Source of the DNA: Podarcis tiliguerta
Lineage: Eukaryota
Assembly: GCA_965153285.1 (NCBI GenBank)
Contig: OZ229117.1
DNA length: 64,000 nucleotides
Direction: 5' to 3' (one strand)
In this document: positions 1 through 11,200 of the stretch, in pieces
How positions within the stretch are numbered: position 1 is the stretch's first letter
Layout: each line of letters starts with the position of its first letter
Notes under the pieces: generated by a model
The model's input: the letters and a program-made list of their open reading frames with translations, nothing else
What the model was told of the DNA's origin: nothing
Database searches by the model: none
Program-made: the position numbers and the translations under genes

Positions 1-792
1 ACACAAAAATGAGTTTGGTATCTTGCCTCTCCCTGAGCAGAATAAACTTCCCAGTCAACTGAGCGGTCAATAAGGAGAAGCTAATGCCATTTCCCTGCTT
101 AGCCGGTTTGAGACGCCAACAAATCTAGGAGAAATGAGATTCCATCTCATTCTGATGGAGCAAGAGGATGCTCATAGGATTCTTGCTCAATGGATTTCTT
201 TGGTGAGGGGAGACAATATTTCTTGGGCACAGTACTTTGCATGAGGATTGTACCCTCTGCTGCACCTGTAATACATACAATTTGCATAGGCTAATTTAGA
301 TGTATGAATGGACATTTATTAGTAGAATCAGCACTGTAGGGGGTACTATGACCAGGTCAGGTGACCTTTGATACCTGTTTGGATTTTTTTGAGGTAGGGT
401 TGGGAAAACACAAGTCAAGAGCCACCCATGAGTATTAAAATGCCTGTCAGACAGAATGTCCACAGCTGAAGCTTTCTTCCATAAAGAAAAGGGTTAACCT
501 GTTGAATTTCTGCAAGCCACACTAACTGTCAAAGGCACAGGAATTCTGCTCTCCTTGAAGGCGAACCCTGAACCAGGCAAGGAACTCAAGCTTCAGGAGT
601 TGCCAAACTCTTCTGTTCCTGGAGGTCTCTCAGCAGCTGATGTTAGGCTGGCAATTCTCCACTGAGCGCAAGGCTACCTGTGGGACTTGGGACTGGGATC
701 CTGAGGGCGAAGAGCTTGACAAGCTCCAAACACCCACATATGAATAAATTAATTGCTCAAAATAGCTGTTGGGGTACCTATTTTGTTATACC

Positions 793-836
<44 letters not shown>

Positions 837-1015
837 AAATCTGTATACCGCCCTTCATCCAAAGATCACAGGACAGTTCAAATACAAAATGGAAACACAA
901 AATACATAATAATGACCCGTCCTCCTACAAGCACATATAAAAGGTCACAGAATGTTTAATCAGCCCAAGGAAGGCCTGGTTATAAAGGTTTTCGCCTGGC
1001 GCCTGAAGTTATATA
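793..1015 (-). mobile_element. (ATT)n microsatellite plus degraded LINE 3' tail (L2-like)
   Basis: (ATT)~13 followed by a TGTATACCGCCCTTC-type tail motif that recurs in the window. Confidence 0.5.
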
Positions 1016-4000
1016 ATAACTATTGCCATGCTATCAGCATGGGTCAAAGAACCGCCCTTTTCCTTTTTTGAGCATAACGGATTTGAGCCTTTGGCACGAA
1101 CATACTCACTCATGGCGTTCCTACTATACAGAGAACAGGTGCTCACCTGAACTGCCTCCCTAATGACTTTTTATCCCCGAGATCATTCCTGCTGAAACCC
1201 TCGCACCTGCTGTTGCCATTAGTATATTTGCTATTTTTGTTGGTTTGGCAATTTTGAGTTTTATTTGCATGTATTTAGCTTGTGGTTTGTATGTTTGGCT
1301 CTGTTTGTACATCATCTCATATATTTGAGGTGTGGAACTTGAAATGATTTTGCTTTTTTTGTACTTTGGAAAGGGATTGCAACAAAAAATTGCTGAAAAC
1401 CAAAGGCAAAATAAAATGTTCATACCAGCAAACACCCAGCCACCCACCACCTGAATGGCTCTCCCCTTGTTTCAGCAACAAGCTACTTAACAGCGCCTCA
1501 GCCATATTTCCCTTAAAATAAAAAAACAGCAACAGATAACAACAGAGGGCCACACCGCAGGGTTGTTGTGAGCTCCTCTCTCTGTGTTCCTGCTCCTGGC
1601 TATATGGGCTGACATAACCCTGCCTCTCTCACCCACTAAGTTTATCCTGCAACGACATTTTTATTCTCTCTGCATGAGAAGGCTCCAGCCTTAAGCTGTC
1701 ATTTGCTTTGAGAGTCATGGAGGCTCCTGATTAATTTGTTTCTTTGAAGTGGATTATTTGGCCAGGCAAGCTGAAGAGTGGGCTGCTTCATCGGGGTCGG
1801 GGCTCGAATGATTGATGTCCTATGGGCATGTGACCTGTGCCAGAACCTTGGAAACCTGTCCGTAAGACATGCTGGATCTTAGGCAACTGGGAAATGTACT
1901 ATCAGAACGCTTGGTTTTATTTATACAAATGTAATAATGCACAAAGATCATATGATTAACTGATGAGATTTCTTGAATCAGATGACAGCTCCAGTTCTGA
2001 GCCTTTGGTAGAACACTGAGATTGAATTCAATAAATGCGATGAAAAGAACAGCATAAGCCCAAGCGCTCGGCTCGGGGAGCAGGTGCCACTTGAAGACAA
2101 GGAACTGGAGAAAGGGCCCCTCGTCCTTCTTCCCTTGTCTGCTCATCCTGTGTTCGCTGTCTGCTGCAAAAAAAGCAATCAACTAAAGGAAGATTCAGTG
2201 TGGCATAAAAACATGATAAAGCCTCCCACCAGTATCAGAGGAGCAGCAGGCTCTCCCTGGTTGGGGGCCAGATGATAGAAGAGTTACTTTTGTTGGAGGA
2301 ACTGCACCCTCTGCACCCCCACCAGACAGGGTCTTCCTCCCCCTTTGTTTTTGCTCCAGCTCCTCCTTCATACCAGCTGCCTAGGAGTGCCAGAGCCTGA
2401 ACTGGCCCCCACTCTCCCCCAGAGACCCCTCCCCAGTCCGTCTGGCTGCAGCTCCTCCAGGGCAGGGAGCAGCCGTCAAGCAGGTGGGCGGAGGAGACAT
2501 CCTTGCCATTCCTGGTCCCCCTTTCTGCTTTGCTGCTCCGTGGAGGGGATCAAAAATCCTGTGTGCCCCTAGTAAAGCCCTCAACAGCACAGGACACCTC
2601 AGGCTCCACACACCCCATGCTTAAGCTTCTCTGCCCTCTTCTCCTTTCCCAGAACATCCTACCCAGTGCCTGTGTCTTATACTGCTGACTTGCTGGGGGA
2701 GCAGCAGCTGCATCCCCTAGGCCTGCATTATGGTGCAAGAGGTGAAACCGTCGCTCGAGGCAGCAAGATATGAGGGTGGAACAATCAAGGGGATAGGCTC
2801 AGTGACGCAGAGGGTGAACCCAGAGCTGAACACCAGCCTTGTAAGGCAGCAAAGGCTTCTCCTGAGGGCTCCCAATTTGTCTCTGGGGCTGCTTAGGCCA
2901 GCTCTGGCTCTCCTCCATGCTGCCCATAGCCAAGGTGGTGCCCTATCTATTCTTTCCCTGCAGTGTATGGAGGAGGGAGGGCACATCCAACACTCAGAAG
3001 GTGGCAGCAGCAGCTTCAGAGCCACATCCAAAGGTGGCAGAGGGAGGCAAGCTTTTCCTCTTGTCAATAAATTTCTACTTAGCAATCTCCTTTGTGAATC
3101 ATGAGCCTCATCACTGGGCATGAGGGATCCTCTCTGGCAGGCTTTCCCGGGAATCAGCCCAGGACGGCAACTTCCAAAGTATCGGAAAATTCCATTCATC
3201 AAGAAGCTATTGTTACTCACTCTGTTAAATTGGATTTAAGTACCCAAGCCAGCTTCCAAGCTACCAGTTTTACAGTCACCCTCCTCTTCATCCTAATAGC
3301 AAACTGTGGTGGCTGAGTGCCAACAGGATTGGAGCCAAAGCAGGCAGGCGCTTCAACACATGGCAGAGTGAACCACGGGAGCACAAAACACTTCTTTTAA
3401 AAAAACATACACAGGGAAGAGCGAGGAGGTGCGGATGCAGCCCAAGCAGGGCTGAGCAGGCTTCCTTTGGCTTCAAGGATCCGTGGAACGCCAAGTGTCC
3501 CATTATGTGCGAAAGATAGATGGTTGGCTTCAGCCCCTTCAGAAAAGCCCATCGTGGAGTAAGAGGGGTCTGGTTGCCCAGCACCACCGGTGACATATAA
3601 ATAGTAAAATTACTTAAATATCATTGCTATTTAGCATTATCCAGTTTTGTTTTTGCTTCATTTTAGAATTTTAGCACAGGTAGCCTTGATAAGATTAGCA
3701 AAACAAAGAAATTAGGGGTGGGGATTTTCATGGTCCCCTTCATCAGCTGATGCTAAAAAGGTTTTATGCCAGACTGTACTGGGTTTTAATACAGATGTGG
3801 AAAGGCCCACTCCCTGTTAGGAATATGCTCACCTTGTTGAAATTATTTCAAATTACCCTCTGAAAGTCACACAGAGGTTTGGCTCAAGCCAAATGTGGTG
3901 GCGATCTGGCAGGACAGTCACCCCAGGCAGTCAGCTCTGGGGCTTTGTTGCCACCTGCAGGCAGCCCTAGGAAGAGCAGGTGGCCCCTGTCCCTGCGGAC

Positions 4001-4274
4001 CCTTTTCTCAGATTCCACTAGAGAGCTCTGGAAATGCCACCTCAGGGGGCCTCCAACACTCTGCTGTAAGACCTCCATGCTCTGGGGCTTCATTCCAAAG
4101 GGGACCTTCCACTTCCCACCATGTTTCCCACCATTATAATGCTTAGCTAAGGAAGGAAAGGTTATTGCCTTTTGTTCAATTTACTGACTTAAGAACAGCC
4201 TCTGTATACCAGCATAGAAATATTACAAAGAAATAAATTTTGCCATGCTAACATCAGCCTGAATTGTAACAGCC

Positions 4275-4280
4275 TTTATT
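4275..4280 (-). terminator. Probable FHOD1 polyadenylation signal (AATAAA); 3'UTR about 4255-5134
   Basis: First minus-strand AATAAA after the stop, followed by U-rich sequence. Confidence 0.65.
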
Positions 4281-4790
4281 TCTCATTATTCATTTGAACA
4301 CCAGCCAACCACTGATTAGGAGCTCTGTGCAACAGGGAAGCTGGCTGCCAGCTTTTTAAACCCTTGTTCAGGATTGTACCTGGACGGCAGCGGGAGGTGC
4401 CCAAATGTCCCCTCTGCTCACTTGGCTCTCCGGCTGCCCAGAACGGACCCTCAGGTTGGGACTGCTGGGAGTTTATCACACAGGGGATGCAAGCGACTCT
4501 GCTGCAGACAAACACAGGCCAGCAGAGCCTGGGGGGTGGGGTCAGGAAGAGGTTGTCCCAAGGCTCATTGGGCTCAGGGCTGCCCAGGGAGGTGGCTCCA
4601 TCCCACAGTCAGGAGCGGACGGGCTTGCAGAAGGGCTGTGGACTATTTGACCTGCTAAGTAGGAGAAGTCCCAGGAGAGAGAGGGACTAATTGATTTGGA
4701 GCCAGCTGGCTCCCAGCAGCCAGGTAGCCAACTCTCTCGTTCCTGAGCCATGCCCCTCAACCAGGAACTGGACGGAAACAGTCTAAACAC

Positions 4791-4791
<1 letters not shown>

Positions 4792-4821
<30 letters not shown>
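4792..4821. repeat. (CA)n microsatellite in the FHOD1 3'UTR
   Basis: Visible dinucleotide run. Confidence 0.95.
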
Positions 4822-4824
<3 letters not shown>

Positions 4825-5134
4825 ATAATACTTTTCTAGGCAGGTGGAGTCCCTCCCCCACACTTTGAGAAAGTCTTTGCACAGCATGGCCAGCACTGCC
4901 CCCACCCCCAGCTGCACCACAGTCAGGGGAAGGCCAGGGGGCTGGCTTCAGGGAGTGACAAAAGCTTAAACACGCTGGCAAGGTTCCACTCGAGGCAAAT
5001 CTGGTGATGAGCATCTCTCACATAGAACTGCGCAGGTATCACAGGGCTCTGCTGGCCAGCCCCAGCTTCCTCCAGCCGATGGGCAGTCTGCTCTACCTCA
5101 GAAGCTCCTCCAAGGCCACAGGCCCTCTTCGCCA

Positions 5135-5217
5135 TCACACAGCTACTCCAGCCGCCTGCGCCAGGCCCAGAGCCTGGACAAGTTCGTCGCTGAGGCCGTT
5201 CTTCAGGGTGCGCCTCA
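5135..5217 (-). CDS. FHOD1: FHOD1 terminal coding exon 24 ([27 protein letters not shown])
   Basis: TTCTCAG acceptor; TGA at 5137-5135. Confidence 0.95.
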
Positions 5218-8200
5218 CTGAGAAGAAGCACAACGGGATCAAGGAAGTCCAGGTAAGCAGGGACATTCTAACATAGGCAGTCTAGGATTCCCCCATCCCA
5301 ACAGTCACAGGGCAGGGGCTCCCAGTCCCAAAACAAGGCCAAAGCTGGCACCACTAGAGCACCCTGGGTGCAAAGGGGGGATATAAATGTAAGAAAACAA
5401 ATGAGAAACAAATGAAGATATAGTGGAATGTGGGACAGTCCCTTCATGGCTCTCACTCCTGCCCCTTGATTGGCAAAAAACAGAGGAAATGGTGCAAAAG
5501 GGAAAAAGAAACGGGAACAAAGTTTGAATTCATAAATGATGCCCTCTTGGCCAATTGGCACAAGCAATGCCACTCTTCTCTGCCAGTCTTGAATTTGGGT
5601 TGCCTGGCATGGAGATCCAAGCGTGCTCAACACACACAAATGAATACACATACACAAACAGACACATGGCTGCACTCTGTGAAGGGGCGATAAAAGAAGC
5701 TCCGTGCTTACGGGATTTCCGGTTCCCACGTGAGCGCTTGCGCTCCTTCCCTGCACCCGGCCGGGGAGGAGTGCTCTGGGTGACGGACTTCACCAGGCGG
5801 TCCATGATCTCTTCAGAGGCATCCTCAGGAGAGCCAGAGGCATCGTCCTCAGGAGGGGTCACGCTGGCGGGGCTGATCTTCCCAAAACCTAGAACAGAGG
5901 AGGCTGCCGTGAAAACCAGCTCCTGAGAGGCAGGCTCCCTCCCACTTTGGACTTGATCACAGAAAGACCTGCATGGTTACCAAAAGACAGCTTGCCAGCT
6001 GCAGGCTGACCAGCAGGGGCTCCTTGAAAGAGCAGCCTGGCCTGCACTGGGGGTGTCCGGCTGGTAGGGAAGCTGCCCCCATGTTCTTTAGGGTTTTAAA
6101 TGTAAATAACAAACCTTTGTACTTGGGTTCTGTAGCCAAAAGTGCTGATCTTTCTGCATTGGGGTCATATGTGTAAAGCTGGGTCTCCCGCCAAGTACAC
6201 AAAGCGGCTGCATTTTGGACCAGTTGCAGCTTCTGGATCAGGCACAAGGGCAGCCCCACATTAAAGTAGTCTGATCATGAGGCTGCAAAGGGCAAGGCTA
6301 TCCCTGTCCAGGAATGATAATAGTTGGCACCCCTGGCAAAGTTGGCTCTGGGTACTCTGATCCACTGCGCTCACCCGGGCCTTTAGTAATGGTGATGGAT
6401 CTAAGAGCACCCTCAAGCAACGCACCAGCCCCACAATCTCATTCAGAGCTGGGACACAACCCAGTGCCTGGACCTGGGAACTGTCCATCCGTTGTGTCAG
6501 CTTCTTCACCACTCTAGCAACAACTGTAATTATCAAACCACCACTGTAAGCGAGAACACAAGGCTGTAAAGGCCAGGCAGCGGCTAGGAAGCTGGTGGCT
6601 TGGGGAGACCCCCAGGGAGAAGGGCTCTTGAGTGGCCAAGAAGCTGAATGAGGGTGGGAAAGGAGACTGACCCTACCTGGAGACAGACACATCTCCCCAC
6701 CTCCCTACCTCTGCTGGCTCGGGAGCGGCGGCCGGATGGCTCTGGAGTGGACATAAGCACTGTGGCCATGCTTTTGTGGCCAGCTTCATCCTTCTGTTCG
6801 GGACTGGCCGAGAGCACAGCGGGGGCGGGACTGTCTTCGGGCTTGCTGGCGGTAGCAAACCTCTCCATCTACAATGAGAGAAAAAACACTGCATTGAGGA
6901 ACGGCGGGGGGTACACCACCTGCTGCCAGCTGGGGAGGCAACAATGCAGATGTTGTCACAGGAGCTGCTCTTGCAAGGACACAAGGGGGCTTAAGAAGCT
7001 TCTCCATGTGCTGGAAGTTTCCATTGGACAGGAGGGGCAGGAAGAACTTGCCTCGGTGATCATCCTGCCGCGGGTCTTGTTCCTTTCGCGATATACTGCC
7101 CGTTTCTTCTGCTGTTGCAGAACTCGCTCCCGGCAGGTGCGGTACTCCAGGGCAAACTCCCGCAGGGTCCGGCAGAACCCTGTGACCTTTGCCTCCTGTG
7201 CCAAGCGTAGATCATAGCCCAAGTACAGCAGAAAGGAGCGGAACCTGCGGGCAGAGGCTGAACTGCAGGAAACTGACTGGCATCACCATCCTCTCCCTCC
7301 TTCCTGCCCAGGGAATTCATTATTTATAACCTTTGTCACTCACTTGCTCTTCTCTGAGCAAGAGCAACAAACAAAACATCAAGCCACATCAACAGAGTAA
7401 TTAGTAAAAGGACGCCTCTAAAACGACACCTCCAGAAAGGCCACAAGAACAGAACAGATGCCCAGCCGGCCAGCACCCTGCCCTCACAGTGGCCACCCAG
7501 GGCACCTAGTGGGAAGCCAGATGCCCAAAGGCCTCTCCCCTGTTTAACACAGACCTGTTTAACACACGTCGATGGACCACCTTGAGGATGACGATCTTCT
7601 GGGTGCTGGAGTGAAGGAAGTCCATCAGTTTGCTCTTCAAGGCTGGCTTGGTGTCGTGCTTTGTAATGGCCTTCAGGCTCTCCCAGGACACTCTGCACCG
7701 TCGCTCCAGCTGCAGGAGGCTTTCTGCCAGCGCATCAAAGTCCACCTGGAGGGAAATATCAAGGCCTCTTTGCAATTCTTGCCAACAGCCCCCTTTCTCT
7801 CTGCGGAATGCTCCTCGCGGGTGCCAAATGGACTATCCTTTTTGCAGCAGGTAAAAACATTTTAATATGGGCAGCTTCAATCATGATGTTGTTAAAGAGT
7901 TCATAGAATCATAAAATTGGTAGTTTTGGAAGGGATCCCAATGGTTATCTAAGTCCAACTCCCTGCAATGCAGGAATCACAGTTAAAGCCTCCCCAACAG
8001 ATGGAAATCCAACCTCTGTTAAAAAACCTCCAGTGAAGGAGGGCCCACCACCATCCAAGGAAGTGGTTCCACTGGTGAGCAGCTCTTGCTTTCAGAAAGT
8101 TTTTCCTAATGCTTAGTCAGAATCTCCTTTCTTGTCATTTGAATCCATTGGTTTGGGTCCCACGCCTTGGAGGAGGAGAAAACAAGCTTGCTCCATCTTC

Positions 8201-11200
8201 CATGTGACAGCCCCTCAGATATTTGAAGACAGCTGTCCTACCACCTCTCAGTCTTCTCTTCTCTAGGCTAAACATACCAAGCTCCCTCAACCATTCCTCA
8301 TATATATAAAGCTTGGTTTCCAGACTCTTTATCGTCTTGGTTGCAGTCCTGTGCACACGTTTCAGCATGTTAACTTCCTTCTTACTCAATCTGGGTTTTG
8401 GTCTGTGGTTTAATAATTGCTACTGTGCATTATTTAACATGTTCCCACTAGGAGATAATCTGTCTGAGAAAAGGACTCAAGTGATATACAAGCTGAATAA
8501 ATCAAACACAAATCAATTCTGCACACAGGAGTTTGGCCCAGGATGTGGCTCTCAGAGCAAATCCTCCCAGAAGCAGGAGAGAACCGCCCCCTCCCCCCAG
8601 CCCTGACCTTGGCTGAGCGAGTGATAGCGGCGATCTCTGAGTAGAGGTCCGTCGTGTCCGGGAACTTCTCCACCACGAAGTGGCACAGGTGGTGGAGCAG
8701 GGTCTGTCGGTGCACTGTGTCCTTCACCTCTGACACCTTGGCCAGGTAGCTCAGCTCAAACCCTTGGCTCTGAAACCCCAAAAATTGGAATTTAAGATGA
8801 TGCACCAGGTTTGAGGAAGAAGCAGAGCCCAGGAAGAGGGCTCCTCACCTGTTTTCTTTGCAGCAGCATGACAGACACCCGACAGCTGCTACTTGCACCA
8901 AAGGAAGGTGCCGTCGCCACTACCAGCCCTAAAAGTCTGCCCTACCTCCCACCTTCCCTGCACAACGTGGCCTGAGACAGGCCTTTGTGCTTGACACATG
9001 ACACAGATGCACACACAATGGGGATGGCAAGAGCTGCCAGCCAACAGGCCTTGTGTGTGACACTGAAGAGTCACTGCATGCCTGCAAAAGAGCCCCAGCT
9101 TCCAGGTGCAGGATCGCCTGCCCCCACAGCACGTCCACTGGCAGGTGGAGGGTCCCAGTGCCTGCAGTTTGGAAAAGGGTCTGGGGTGCAACTGAGGAGA
9201 AAGACCTGGCTCTGTCAGAGCCACTGCCAGAGTGGACTCCAGGGCGATGCAGGCAAAGCGCCTGACCTGACAGAAGGCAGCTTCCTGTGACCACAGTGGA
9301 CATTAATGCTGCAGCTGGGCAAGAAAAAAATCTGGGCAGGCCCTGTGAACAAAAAAACTCAGGCTCCAATCCCAGATGTCTGACCACCTGCTGAAGGAAA
9401 CGGTGCTCAGCATATGCTCAGAGCTGCTTGGTGCTGGCTCCTGAGCTGAGCCTCTGCCCCCGCCTTCATTACATGCCTCACCTGGGATCCATTCAGGAAG
9501 TTGCCCATGGCCAGGAGAGTGGCAAGGATACACTTGAAGGTTTGGTTTTTGGTCAGTTGCTGCATCCCAAGTTTCAGATCAAAAAGCGGCTCTGCAATTT
9601 CCTGCACAGGAACACAGAAGACAAGCTGTGAGGACCCGTTTGCCCCCAGAAATTGGAGGGAGCGAGCAAAATGCTGGCCCAGATATGCAGGTTCTTGCTT
9701 AGGACCCAAAAGCAATGGATGGATTCAGCAGCAGGAGGAAGCAAAGGGCAGCTGAATGACACCTGGAACCATTTGCCCTGTGGCCAGACCAACCACAGCA
9801 GCCACTCTCGCCAAGCCAGACAGTTCCCTTGCAGGTTGGTTCACCAGCGATGGCCCCCTTGCCTTTAAGCCCAGGAAGGTCCAGCCAAATTTATGGGGAG
9901 GACTGGCTAGAACTTGGGGGAGGGATCCACCTGCACCACCCCCAATTTCAGAGGTTCTGCAGTATCCTGAGCAGGGGTGTACCTGCTCCATGGCCTCATA
10001 GTCCAGCTTGAAAGCCCACAGCTGAAGCCGGGCAGTGAGCTCAGTGATGGAGGAGAGAGCAAGGAGGAACTGCTCAGCTGAACCCAGAGGCACGTCGGGA
10101 TTGGCCATCTGTGCTTCCTGGATCTTCTGCTTCTCCTCCTCGGTTGGAACCATTGTCAAGATTTTCTGCAAAACAAGAGGGAAGAGGGTGTTGGGTCAGG
10201 ACACAACGACTCCACCTGGCCCTTCATGGCAGCTTTCCCAAACCGGGTGCCATGCAGATGCTCTGGACCACAAGTCCCATCAGTCCCAGTCAGCATGAGC
10301 GAATGAAGCTGGGATTGATGCAAGTTGTAGTCCAGAAGGCTTCTTCATGGTCAAGGGTTCTCAGGAGACACAGAATTCTCACCTCAATCCCTTCCTTGTT
10401 AATTGCAAATTCATCAAAGTTGACAATCGCCGTCTTGATGATGTGTACGGGAGGCAGCGCTGTCAAGCCGATGTTGATGGCATTGCTCCTCTTGGGATCC
10501 AAAACCACAATTAGCTTCTTCCCATCAACAGCTTTCTTGGGAGTGAAAGAAGGGAAGAGTTGATGTTTTTGTCTGTCACGCTATCACCCCATCTTTGGAG
10601 GTTCTCCTCTTTCAGCCCCACAACTCTCCTGCAAGGTAGCGTAAACCGGCAGGTGAGGCCTGGACCCAATGTCAACCAGCGAGCATCATGACTGGGCAGG
10701 ACAGGCAGAGGAGCCCAGAGCAAGATAATGGCTGGTCTCTGCCTGCAAAGGACAAAGCTTCTTCTCTTTGATTGACAAGAACAGTCTGCCTGAGGCTCTG
10801 CTGGCTAGGCCCTGACAGCGCAGCTTGCTCCAGGCACATTCAAGATGGAAGAAATCACATGGGCTAGAAGGCCTTGAAGGCAAGAGGGTCAAAGGGGCAG
10901 TGATAAGGAAGAGCAGCACTGAATAGAGGAGACTGGAAATCAGAGAGAAGCTCAAGGGCAGAGCCCAAAGTCGCTGGATCAGTTCTTGACATCTCCAGGG
11001 AGCAGGCCAAGAGCTTCCAGAGCCCTAGGGAAGCTGCTGTCAGACCAGGCCAAGGGTCACACTCAGGGCAAGGCAGCTCCTTGGGCTCCTCTGCTTTGTT
11101 TAAAAATACAGTGGTACCTTGGGTTACGTATGCTTCAGGTTACGGACTCTGCTAACCCAGAAATAGTACCTCGGGTTAAGAACTTTGCTTCAGGATGAGA

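Noticed and set aside
680-959. ORFs with poly-Ile/poly-Leu resembling signal or TM segments
   Set aside because: They are translations of the (ATT)n microsatellite
2717-3220. 167-aa minus-strand and 124-aa plus-strand ORFs downstream of FHOD1
   Set aside because: No recognisable domain and no match to recalled TMEM208 or SLC9A5 sequence; no convincing exon structure
6261-6692. 143-aa ORF and a CAG|GTAGGG site at 6677 as an extra exon or alternative donor
   Set aside because: It would need a 32-nt intron or cause a frameshift, and the ORF runs into an L2 remnant
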